Shown here: positions 8,045 to 18,374 of the stretch, in pieces
How positions within the stretch are numbered: the first letter of the stretch is position 1
Layout: the number at the start of each line of letters is the position of its first letter
The notes under the pieces: generated by a model
Told to the model about the DNA's origin: nothing
What the model saw: the letters and a program-made list of their open reading frames with translations, nothing else
The model's database searches: none
Assembly (NCBI GenBank): GCA_965206595.1
Contig: OZ242214.1
Span: 2,944,001 to 3,008,000 of the forward strand
Origin: Candidatus Latescibacterota bacterium
GTDB lineage: Bacteria > Latescibacterota > UBA2968 > UBA8231
Reading direction: 5' to 3'
DNA length: 64,000 nt
Program-made: the position numbers and the translations under genes

Positions 8045-10711
8045 TTACCAGTACTGGACTCCGAACCGTTCGTTCAGGTTGTCCAGCTCCCGGTTCGCCT
8101 CCACATGTGTAGGCCAAATCCGTTCCAGGCGTCGAAACTCAGGGGTGTGGCCTGCATGGAGGTGGACGTGGAGGAACTCGTGCCAAAGCAGGAACCGGAT
8201 CGTTTCCGAGGAGATGTCGGGACTGTTCAGCAGGCAGTTGATGCGGATTCGCGGAGGCCGCTCTGCATAGTAGGCTTTCCCGTACCATCCCTTCAGGATC
8301 CGACCCGTCCACCCAAGGACCCCGTGGTATTCCAGCTTGGGGAGATCCAGCAACTTGGCTCCTGCATGGCGAACCTCTGCCATCAGTACTTCAAGGTTGT
8401 GTGCAGGTCCTTGCGACAGCGTCTCTTCTTCACGAGGGTGAAAGACCGGAACCGCCTTGGCTCGCTGAGTTGCCTCCTCTGGGTGGTAGATTTCCCACTT
8501 GGCGTCGTCGATTGCCGCCTGATACTCCCGAGGACTTGGATAAATCGCTTTCGCCAGAGGGGAGTCAGCATAGGTACTCTCCACAAGCTGTCGAATACCG
8601 CTAGACCCAAGGTCTTCCTGGACGATGCGATGTGCGACTTCATGGGGGTCGCACTGCTTCCGGTTGCTCAAAGGATGGAATTCAGGAGCCGCTCCGCCTT
8701 GCACGAAATGCTCCACGATCATGCCGACGTGATGCTGCGATGGTGCAGGACTGTCGCAGTCTCCGAAGAACTCCTCGTAAAGCGTATCCCTATCCCCCGG
8801 TTCTGAGCCGGCATTCCGCGATTTCAAGCACGCGACAAGGGCGTCGTAGCATGGGCGCTGGTGTTCGTAGATCGCAATCGGAACGCGGATGCTCTCTCCC
8901 TCATCCTCCCGTTCGAGAAGAAACCAGCCATCAGGTACAGCCTCGAAGGCGTCTGCCTTGTGTTCCACCGAAAGGCGGCGCATCGTGGCTGCGACCGCCC
9001 GAATCGTCTCCCAGTGAAGGTGTTCGTACAGAGACTCCACATCGCGAATCGGGGCACTCTCGATATCCTCAGGTTTTGCGATGGCCTCGACATCGGGAAC
9101 GAGATCGAAGGGGCTATCCCAGTCCCTGAATCGATCCCATGCGTCTTCAAAGCTCACAAGGAACGCTTCCTGTGAACCGCCCATAGCGGGTCCACGAAGA
9201 GCACGCCCGATCATCTGCCGCATCAGGATCTCGCTACTCGTAGGCCTGGCCAGAAAGACCGTCTTTATCATTGGCAGATCGACGCCCTCCGTGATCATCT
9301 GGACGTTCACGAGCACGTCAAGGTCCCCATCCCGAAACCGCTGAATCACGCTGGAAGGTTCCCCGTCGCTTCCATCGGGTCGGTAGCTGGCGACGTAGTC
9401 CGCACGAACACCGACGGCCTTGAGCGCATCCGTGAGAAGGGCGGCGTGCCTGACGTTGATGGCAAATACGAGGGTCTGCCCGTATTTGTCGTGCCGTTGC
9501 AGATAGTGCTGCACGATAGTTCTGTTGCGCTCGGACAGGTGGGCAATGCGGTCGAGCCAAGGTTCGCTGAGTTCTCCGAAACGGTCATAATGGCGCCGGT
9601 CCTCGTCGGTCAGCCCTTCTTCGATCTTCGCATTGGTCCGCACCACAACCGGAATCGGGCGGGCGAGGATTCTTTTCTCCACGAGTTGGGGAAGATCGAC
9701 CTTGGCGATTACGTTGCCCCCAAACAGCCGGGTCAACAAGGGGCGTTCCTGCTCGAGGGTCCGCGTCGGCGTGGCGGTCAGGCCAAGAATGCGCCACTGT
9801 TTCTTCGCCTTGAACTCATCGATGATGTCCCTGTAGGATTTCGCCGGGGCATGGTGCGCCTCATCGATGACGATGAACAGTTTCGGGTCATCCAGCAGCT
9901 GACTTCTGACTTCCGGATTTCGCGCAAGGCTTGAAACCGAAGCGACGACGACATCGTCCGCGGGATCGATCTGCGTCGTGGCGCAGTGTTCCCCGGATAC
10001 GATCCGGACTCGCAGCTGTTCTTTCGTGGCCACGAGCCCCGAAAGACCGTGGAATTCCGCCGCTGCCTGTTCGAGAAGTTCGCTTCGATGTGCCATCCAC
10101 AGGACCCGAAGTCCCTCATCCAGAACCCGCCTGCACAGCCAGTGAACTGCAGTGAACGTCTTGCCGGATCCGGTGGGCATGACGAGCAAACCCTGAAAAA
10201 CGCCGGTGGTGTTGGACTCTGCGAGGGTCGTGTTCAGCTTGTCCCAAGCCTCGGTTTGGTAGGAGTGAGGGCGGGTCGGATTTTCCGGTTGGGCACCGGG
10301 GTTCAAGACGATAAAACGGCGTATGAAATTGAAATCAAATTCACCTTCGTCCTGCTTGTCCTGATCCCCATACCGGATCATCGCTTCGCACAGGTACTGA
10401 CGAAGGCGCTTCGAATTCCTGCACGCTGCGATGTAGCCCACGTACCCGCGTTGGGACCGAGGACGGCCCATGGGCCCGACGCCGATGTCCAGCAGTCGGT
10501 CCACAATTTCCTTTGCTCCGGGGTATTCCGGCAGCCAGACTCGTTGAAGAACCTCCTTGGTTTCCCCTACGAACTCCGGGGTAGGTCGCTTGACCCTCGT
10601 AGAGAGCCATTTCCTCGATTCCGCGGCCGGGCCGTCGAATCCGATCTCATTGGCCAAGTGGAGAACCGTTCGATCATTGAATGTGTCCCATGAAAAACGG
10701 TACGATGGCAT
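8045..10711 (-). CDS. SF2 DEAH helicase (Res-subunit-like) fused to a C-terminal HExxH YgjP/SprT-like metallopeptidase domain
   Basis: MPTGSGKT, IDEAHH, GLTATP, EGVDLP and QMIGRALR. C-terminal LWHEFLHVHLHAGHTPEF. Confidence 0.85.
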   Translation of the reverse strand: MPSYRFSWDTFNDRTVLHLANEIGFDGPAAESRKWLSTRVKRPTPEFVGETKEVLQRVWLPEYPGAKEIVDRLLDIGVGPMGRPRSQRGYVGYIAACRNSKRLRQYLCEAMIRYGDQDKQDEGEFDFNFIRRFIVLNPGAQPENPTRPHSYQTEAWDKLNTTLAESNTTGVFQGLLVMPTGSGKTFTAVHWLCRRVLDEGLRVLWMAHRSELLEQAAAEFHGLSGLVATKEQLRVRIVSGEHCATTQIDPADDVVVASVSSLARNPEVRSQLLDDPKLFIVIDEAHHAPAKSYRDIIDEFKAKKQWRILGLTATPTRTLEQERPLLTRLFGGNVIAKVDLPQLVEKRILARPIPVVVRTNAKIEEGLTDEDRRHYDRFGELSEPWLDRIAHLSERNRTIVQHYLQRHDKYGQTLVFAINVRHAALLTDALKAVGVRADYVASYRPDGSDGEPSSVIQRFRDGDLDVLVNVQMITEGVDLPMIKTVFLARPTSSEILMRQMIGRALRGPAMGGSQEAFLVSFEDAWDRFRDWDSPFDLVPDVEAIAKPEDIESAPIRDVESLYEHLHWETIRAVAATMRRLSVEHKADAFEAVPDGWFLLEREDEGESIRVPIAIYEHQRPCYDALVACLKSRNAGSEPGDRDTLYEEFFGDCDSPAPSQHHVGMIVEHFVQGGAAPEFHPLSNRKQCDPHEVAHRIVQEDLGSSGIRQLVESTYADSPLAKAIYPSPREYQAAIDDAKWEIYHPEEATQRAKAVPVFHPREEETLSQGPAHNLEVLMAEVRHAGAKLLDLPKLEYHGVLGWTGRILKGWYGKAYYAERPPRIRINCLLNSPDISSETIRFLLWHEFLHVHLHAGHTPEFRRLERIWPTHVEANRELDNLNERFGVQYW

Positions 10712-10996
10712 CGCTAGTTTGCTCGCTCCTGTGTCGTTCGGCTTTTAGAAAAACAAGGGGTGGTTTTATCCCATCCCCGCTACCTTGACGAGCCTTCCGG
10801 CTTCGAAGATGGGCATGAATTTGGATCGACAGCGCGTGCGTTTCGGTTTACGGGGAATCTTCCCGCGGCCCGATGAAACCTTCAGGCGACTACGGGTTAT
10901 GGTTTGGTTCCAAGTGGACCACCCATGCAGGGTGTGATCCCCTGTGAGGTTCGGCAACGCCGTTCTCCGGTCATCCGCTTGGGCTTGCCGAGTTTT

Positions 10997-11150
10997 TCAA
11001 GTGGGTTTGAGGGTTTGCAGGTACTCCACGAGGCAATGAACCTCGGTCGAAGGGTCGTATCTTGCCGTCGCCTCGACATCTGACAGCGCGAGTCTCGCGT
11101 TGGACTTCGCGCTTTCCATCCGGTCTTCCAATTCTTGGAACACGCCTGTG
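10997..11150 (-). pseudogene. 3' remnant of a RloB-like gene
   Basis: ...AKSNARLAL...DPSTEVHCLVEYL resembles RloB C-termini. Lies directly behind the RloA-like ATPase. The 5' part is missing. Confidence 0.55.
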
Positions 11151-12407
11151 TTACCCTCGGATGTAGGGAAGCGCTCCAAAGCGCCCGGCCAGATATGCCT
11201 TTTCCAGGTTGTCAAAACCCCTCCTTAGCCGGAAATCGCTGAGCGGAAAAAGGCTGGTCTCCAGGCGTTCATTGCGTTCACAGAACCAGATCTGATCTGA
11301 TCGAAACAAACCCTGATCGAGAATAGACGTATCGTGGGTCGAGAAAACGAGCTGTGCTCCGTGCGGATTCGCTTCCGGATCGTGGAAACGGTTGACCAGG
11401 AACCGGACAAGTTCCGGATGCAGATTGTCATGCAGTTCATCGAACACAATGACGTTGCCTTCAGCAAGGGAATCGAGCCAGGGGCCGGCGAGAGCGAACA
11501 TTTTTTGGGTTCCGTCCGACTCTTCATCAATATCCAGTTCCGCGGATTTACCACCTATTGGTTGATGCCTCAAGAAGACATCTACGGTCTTTTTTCTCGT
11601 GAGTTCTTTGGCGACATGCTCTTTCAATTCCTTGGGCATATCTGCGGGAAGCATATCCGGGGAGAAATCCTTTTCGACGATCCGCATGCCGGCAACCGCA
11701 AGATCGGCTGCCGCGAGAAACTCAACGACGCCGGCTTTGTCGTTGTTGTTACAGTATTCCAAGGAAAAACCGGGGTTCCATCCACCCACGTCGGCGATGT
11801 GGAGCCGCTTGCGGAACCAGTCGAAAAGGGGTTGCATCTGAGTGCTGTTGAGCGAAACAGCCGTCGACAAGAACAGTGCTTGGGGACGGGTTGCTCTTCT
11901 CCAGACCTCACGGTCCCCCGTGAGCTTCCCGCCGAGCTTCCAGGAGGGTTCACCGGACGTCTCGCTGCGGCTTCTCTCGAACCAGACCTGCATCCTTCCG
12001 CTCGGCCACGCATAAAGCCACTCGCCGGTCACCTCTTGGGGTGTGGCGGAAAAGCCGTATTGGTAGCGAACGCCATCCGCGATACACACTACCTCGAAAG
12101 ATGTCGGCCGGTCGTTGCATGCGGGATCGAATCGGAACGTCGTCACGGGGAGTCCTTCGAGACTGCCGGAGGCTCGGAGCACGATGTCGTGCATCGTCTG
12201 CAGGCCCCTGAGGAGATTGGTCTTGCCCGAGGCATTCGCACCGTAGATCGCCGCCGATCGCAGGAGCCGAATCGGTCGTGCGTCTTCGGAAAGATTGGGC
12301 ACGACCACGTTGGAGTCACCATGCTTCTTGTCGTTGCCGGCGACGAGGCTGAGACGTGCCTCTTCCTTGATCGATCTGAAATTGGTAACCGAAAATTCAA
12401 CAAGCAT
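11151..12407 (-). CDS. AAA_21 ABC-type ATPase, RloA/AbiLi-like
   Basis: MLVEFSVTNFRSI, YGANASGKTN, ESDGTQK, DELHDNLHP, QLVFSTHD, DQIWF and YLAGRFGALP. Confidence 0.88.
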   Translation of the reverse strand: MLVEFSVTNFRSIKEEARLSLVAGNDKKHGDSNVVVPNLSEDARPIRLLRSAAIYGANASGKTNLLRGLQTMHDIVLRASGSLEGLPVTTFRFDPACNDRPTSFEVVCIADGVRYQYGFSATPQEVTGEWLYAWPSGRMQVWFERSRSETSGEPSWKLGGKLTGDREVWRRATRPQALFLSTAVSLNSTQMQPLFDWFRKRLHIADVGGWNPGFSLEYCNNNDKAGVVEFLAAADLAVAGMRIVEKDFSPDMLPADMPKELKEHVAKELTRKKTVDVFLRHQPIGGKSAELDIDEESDGTQKMFALAGPWLDSLAEGNVIVFDELHDNLHPELVRFLVNRFHDPEANPHGAQLVFSTHDTSILDQGLFRSDQIWFCERNERLETSLFPLSDFRLRRGFDNLEKAYLAGRFGALPYIRG

Positions 12408-12640
12408 ATTTCTAAGGTTCCGCGAAATTACCTCACCGGAAGACGCGAATCGTCTTCGGGCACCAAGGTTTTCAAATCAGGCATAATAAGGCGCCATCTA
12501 TCGATATTCAAGGCGATAGGAACGTGCGAAAAGGTCACGCAAGGTCTCTGACGAGAATGTTTGCGGTTGCTCGAGGCGCGACGAAAAAACCCCCATCGGG
12601 CAGACCATTGCCGTCGGCGGCGGCTTCCCGGAGCCACCGC

Positions 12641-15600
12641 GTGACGATAAGTGCGGCGATCCTCCTTCTATGCGCCCCTCTGCTCGCCCCGGTCCCGGGA
12701 AGCGCCGTCGAGTTCTTCGTCGCACCGGACGGGGACGACGCCAACCCCGGCACCCGGAAGCGACCCTACGCCAGCCTCGAGCGCGCCCGCGACGCCGTGC
12801 GCGCTTCCGCAGCGGGCGATACCGGAAGCGCAGGCGCTGCTGTCTGGATCCGGGGAGGCCGTTACTTCAGAGACGCCGAGTTCCGCCTCGGCCCCGAGGA
12901 TTCCGGCAGCGAGGGAGCGCCGGTTGCGTACAAGGCCTTCGACGGCGAGATCCCCCGCTTCATCGGCGGGACCGCCATCGACGCGGACTGCTTCACCCGA
13001 ACGGGGGCGGACTCCCCCGTCTGGCACCGGGTCGATGCGGCGGCCCGGGGAAACCTCGTCGAATGCGACCTTCCCGCCCTCGGCATCGCCGACTTCGGCG
13101 ACCTCACCAGCGCGCACTACCGGCCGATCCACTCCGAGCTGAGCTTCAACGGCGAGATCCTTCCCCTGGGCCGCTGGCCGAACGAGGACTTCGCCCTGAT
13201 CTACCGGGCCCTCAGCGAGACGACCTTCGTGTACGACCACGACCGCCCGGACCGCTGGACCGAAGCCACCGCCCCCTGGGTCAACGGGTACTGGCGCTAC
13301 CTGTGGGCGAACAAGTACCTGCCGGTCACCGCCATCGACACGGTCGCCAACGTCTTCACCATCGCCGATCCCCCGGGGTACCCGATCGCGACCGGCCGCT
13401 TCTGGTACGGCCTCAATCTCCTCGAGGAGATCGACGGGCCCGGGGAGTGGTACCTCGAACGGGACCCGGATGCGCCCGAAGGGACCTACGGCAAGCTCTA
13501 TCTCTGGCCGCCGGACAAGCTGGATACCGCCGAGATCATACTGTCCCTGCACGGCGGCGACGGCTCGGCCCTCGTCCGTCTCGACAGCGTCCGCCATGTC
13601 CGCTTCGAGGGATTGACCTTCGAGCTGACCCGCGGGGACGGGATCGCCATCGAGAACTCGCGGGACGTGGCGATCGACCGCTGCGTTCTGCGCAACATCG
13701 GCGGCCAGGGGATCACGACCGACAGCTGCACCCGCGTCGGCGTGCTCGACAGCGAGCTTTACGGCATCGGCTCCGAGGCGGTGCGCCTTTCGGGAGGTGA
13801 CCGCCGCACCCTGATGCCGGGGGGCAACTATGTGCGCAATTGCCACATCCACCACTTCGGCCGCTGGAAGCGCACCTACTCGCAGGCGGTCCGGTTTGAC
13901 AAGGGAGTCGGCAACGAGGCGACCCACAACCTCATCCACGGCACCCCCCACATCGCCATCCAGTACAGCGGCAACGAGCACCTGATCCAGTACAACGAGA
14001 TCTTCGATTCCTGTTGGGAGACCGGCGACGCCGGCGTCATCATGGGGGACTGGGGATGGGACAGCCGCGGCAACCGCATCGTCGGCAACTACCTCCACGA
14101 CAACGTCAGCCGCGTCCCGGGCCGCGGAGGCTTCAACGCCGTGTACCTCGACGGGTCCTGCGCCGGCGACACCATCGCCGGCAACATCATCTACGACTCC
14201 GGCGAGTTCGGGGTCATGCACAACAGCGGCCGCGAGGTCGTGATCGACAACAACATCTTCGTCGGCGGCAAAGCGGCCATCCACGCGACGGCGCATGGGT
14301 GGTACGACACGACCGAAGGCCACGCGATGAACTTCCTCGAGCGCATCCAGAAATTCGACTACCGCAATCCACCCTGGAGCCGGGCCTACCCGGCGCTCGC
14401 CGCCACCCCGGACGACCGCCGCCACCCGGACTTCGAGCGGTTCAAGCTCCCGATCGGCAGCGTGCTGGTGCGCAACGTCGGGTGGCGCAACCGCTACTGG
14501 CTCGACCCGCGCCGCCTCGAGGCGTACGACCACTACGAGCGCATCGCCGACAACATCGACGGAGAAGACCCCCGGTTCCTCGACGAGGCGGGGCGCCAGC
14601 TCGCGATTCGCGACGATTCGCCGGCGTGGGAAATCCCCGGTTTCCGGCGTATCCCCTTCGAAAAGATGGGCCGCCTCAAGCCGGGCAAGGCCTCCCGCCC
14701 GCATCCCCCGCACGGACACGACTACCCTCTGCCGGCGGACGGTGGCGTAGTGCTGCGCTGGGCTCCCGCCCTCGACGGAGTCGCCCGCGATCTCTACCTG
14801 GGCGAAGATCCCGGCGACCTCGGGGGCAAGCCCGCGGCGAGCCGGCTGGGAAGCGAGGAGTTCGCCGCGGCCAACCTGAAACCGGGGAAGCGCTACTTCT
14901 GGCGCGTCGACGAGCGCGGGGCCGGCGGTGAGGTCCTTGCCCGCGGCGAGGTCTGGAGCTTCACAGTCGGGCTGGGCCCGGATGTCCCGGCCGGGGGCGC
15001 TCGACACCACCCGTCTCACCGCCGAGGTCGACGGCGGGATGGTGCGCGGCGAGGTTGAAGACGGGGTGGCCGTGTACCGGTTCGATGACCTCGAGATCCC
15101 CCCCGGGACGACCGTGGCCGCCACCGGGCAGCGGCCGCTCGAGCTGAGAAGCGCGCGCGATATCGCGGTCCGCGGCGTCATCGACGTTTCCGGTGAGGAC
15201 GGCGGGGACGGTTTCGCCGGCCTGGCTCGCGGAGGCCAAGGCCGGCTGGGAGGTTTCGATGGAGGAGACGCGGGCGCGACCGATTCCACCGGCAGCGTGG
15301 GAATGGGGCCGGGGGCGGGAGGTGCGAGCACCAGCATCTTCCTTGCCGGTGGAGGGGGCGGGTTCGGCGGCCGCGGAGGGGACGCGACAATCGAGCTGGA
15401 ACAGACCGTGAAGGCGGGACGCACCGTCACCGCAAGTGAAGCAGCTGCCGGGGGCTCCGTGTACGGTCAGGCCGACGGGGAAGGCACCCTGTCAGGGGGC
15501 AGCGGGGGCGGAGGAGGCGGAGGGGGTACCACTGCGGGGGCCTCAGGCCCGGGGGGCGCCGGGGGTGCCGGGGGCGGTGCCGTCAGGTTGCGGGCTGGCG

Positions 15601-15995
15601 GAAACATACTGGTCACCGGATCCATCCTCGCCGACGGGGGCGGCGGCAGCGGCTTTCGCCGCACCGGAGGGGGCGGCAGCGGGGGCATGATCGCGCTGCG
15701 GGCGGACGGCGCCGTCGCGATCGAAGCCGGAGCCCTGCTCAGCGCCCGCGGCGGGAAGGGGGGAAACTCCGCCTGGATGGGGGCCAACGGCGGAGGCGGC
15801 GGGGGCGGCCGGATCGCCATTGCCGCGAAGGCCCTGACGATCGGAGGCGTTCCGCACCAGTCCGGGCAGGTCGCCGACGTTTCCGAGCTGGTGGTTTCCG
15901 GAGGCCGCGGGGGCTACTACGCCGTGGACGCGGTCAACAACGCCCCTGCGGGCGAAAGCGGCACCGTTTTCTTTGTCGCCCGCGGCGGGCAATGA
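12641..15995 (+). CDS. Secreted right-handed parallel beta-helix protein with a glycine-rich C-terminal domain, frameshifted at about 14993-14997
   Basis: Signal peptide, FVAPDGDDANPGT, PbH-type repeats and YFWRVDE. Removing one G from the G5 run joins ORF 12524..15058 to ORF 14928..15995 (DVPAG-ALDTT). Start is approximate. Confidence 0.75.
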
Positions 15996-16209
15996 AACCG
16001 GATTCGAGACTATAACCGGGAGCAAGCCATCCCTCTTTCGTTTGTTTATGGCTCGCTCACAGGCTGCCCTACCCCTTCATGCCTTCATGCCCGATGCACT
16101 ACGGGGCTTGGACATCGCCACCGGAGCCCCGTCCAGGCCGTGCCCGGACTGCGATGCGAGAAACCCTGGCGAGAACGAAAACCCTGCTCACCGCAAGGAG
16201 AACGGACAC

Positions 16210-16367
16210 ATGAGATTGGGCGTGGCTTTCTGGGACGGAGTCTCTCTCGACGATCCGCAACAGACCCGGACGACCTCATCGGCGCCGCCCTGTTCCTGGC
16301 GAGCCCGGCTTCGGATTTCATCACCGGGCAGACGATCGTCGTCGACGGCGGCTATTCCGTGCAGTAG
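16210..16367 (+). pseudogene. Deletion chimera: start of an unknown gene joined out of frame to the 3' end of an SDR oxidoreductase
   Basis: RBS AAGGAG then ATG 16210 (MRLGVAFWDG...). A different frame gives PDDLIGAALFLASPASDFITGQTIVVDGGY, a typical SDR C-terminus. Confidence 0.7.
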
Positions 16368-16396
16368 CAGGAAGGGTACCGCGTTCCCTATAACAT

Positions 16397-17182
16397 TTAC
16401 CACGACAGGGCCTCCGGCACGTTCGCAAACAGGTTTTTCAGGCTGGGCAGCTTATACTGACGCTTCATTTCTCTCCATACGGTGGGATGAGGACGGGAGA
16501 GAAATCTCGACTTGAAAACCTTTAGGTCGGTAGGGCTGGCGCCGCCATTCCGGATCTGTTGGTACTCGACCAAACGGGCCCGATTATCGTCAAAAGTCAA
16601 AGACATTACGGCGAGCAGCAGCAAGGGCTTCCCGATTTAGTTTCAGGAGGTCTATCGTGTATCCTGCCCGCTCCCGCTCGGGGAACGACAAGCCATACTT
16701 CGGTTGGAACCGGAAGGTATCCACCATCTCAAGTTCCAGGAATTCCAAGGGGTCTTCATATCGCGGGTCGATTAGCGCCGGGTCACCGGACGGTGGCGGA
16801 ACAATGGATTGGTTTGAGCGGCGGGTTACGTCGATCACATTCTGATTACTCAAGATCGCGAATCGATCACCCTTGCCGTTGTTGCACACGCCACAGGCCG
16901 GAACGATAGTTCTCCCAAACAAAGGTGCGCTCCGGATAGAGAGCCTTCGGCCTGATGTGGTCGATGTTGATTTGCCTCGGAGTCTTCGCACCAGCCGCAG
17001 CGATCCGGAGAAGCGCACATCTGGCGTAATCGCCTTCGAACTACTCGAAATGTGGCGTTCTGGGTCCGGCTCGCGAAAAGCCTGCGGGCCGCAGCGACCT
17101 GATCCCCGTAGTTGCCGGCGGAGTCAACTTCCGCTTGGTATCCCCAGCGTGCGGGTAGTGCTGGCGTCGATACCTGGATCAC
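16397..17182 (-). pseudogene. HNH endonuclease (PtuB-like) with multiple frameshifts
   Basis: Fragments across frames: RCGWCEDS, IDHIRPK..YPERTFVWEN, ACGVCNNGKG, LIDPRYEDP and HPTVWREM. At least 3 frameshifts. Confidence 0.75.
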
Positions 17183-17201
17183 ATAGTCTGAGCACCGTGC
17201 C

Positions 17202-18035
17202 TCAACCGCGCGTCGTTCCGGTTGGCGAGCTGGGCATGGCGCTTCGCAGCGAGCGCACTTCCTCTTCCTCTTCCGGCGTGAGCTCTTCGTGCAACTGCTT
17301 CTGGCTGAGCTCTGCCAGCCGCTCGACTTTCTTCTCGGACTGGCGGGACCGGGTGATGTCGTCGCCGAACAAATTGGTGGAATAGGCATCCAGTATGTTG
17401 CCATCCACCAGCCGGTCGTACTCCGGGACCGTCGCACGGCGAAATGTTTCGCTTGAACCCGGTGGAGGCAGTTTCCAGACGCTTGTGGCGGCACGACAGA
17501 TAATGGGGCTGTGCGTTGTCACGAAGAACTGTGTCTCCGGGAATCGCCGAACAAACCACTCACCGATTCGTTGCTGCCATTGCGGGTGCAAATGGGCGTC
17601 CACTTCATCTATTGCCACGACGCCGGGAAGATCTATTGTGCCGTCCCTTTCGCCCGGAGTGAGACGAGTAGAGGAGATATGGGACATCAGCCGCAGCAGT
17701 TCCAAAGTCATGCTGAGGATCGAACGGTAACCATCGCTCATTTCTTCAATCGCCACTCGGGCGCCCTGGCCGTCAACCATGGTCACTTGCGTGGAAGTCA
17801 CTTCCGCACTGCCCTTCTGCTCACCTTCCCGCAGCCAATTCGACCAGTCTTGCCGGGATGCATGGGCATTAGCGGCTCCCATCAGAACGGTCGCAAGAGC
17901 CCGAACCAAGGTCGACTTGCCTGAGCCGTTCTCGCCGAGCAGCACATGCCATCCCGGACATTCTTCCTCCTTGAGGCTCAGTTCGAACTCCGAGATGGAA
18001 CGGATATTCCGGATGGTCAGTCGTCGGATGTACAT
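17202..18035 (-). pseudogene. AAA ATPase (PtuA-like), probably internally deleted
   Basis: MYIRRLTIRNIRS, GENGSGKST, MSDGYRS, IDEVDAHLHPQWQ and QFFVTTHSP. The spacer between Walker A and the signature motif is unusually short. Confidence 0.7.
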
Positions 18036-18374
18036 GGGATGTTTTTGAACAACGCGTTCGAGTTCATCTTGGGGGCAAGCAGTCTTGCCGGAAAACGGCG
18101 TAAAAAAGCATTCTTTTTCCGATACTCTGTCAAGGCGCATGGCGCACCCAGGAGTTACTGACAACCCTGTGCTTCTTCCAGGTACGCCGTGGCTCCCCTA
18201 TTCCCTTTCCAACACCGCCGACAGCAACGCTTTCTCAGCCTTCACTTCCCCAAGCAGGGGTTCTCTTTCCCCCATGCCCGGCATTCCTCGACAGCTCGTG
18301 AAACACCGTCAGCCTATGCGGAGGAGAGCGCCGGAGAGACCACATGCTGACCATACCAATCGCAAGATTACGGT

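Noticed and set aside
10766-10957. 63-aa ORF between the rloB remnant and the helicase
   Set aside because: No motif or convincing RBS. Probably spurious.
18198-18284. 28-codon minus-strand ORF (MPGMGEREPLLGEVKAEKALLSAVLERE)
   Set aside because: Too short to assign. It may be another gene remnant, but there is no support.
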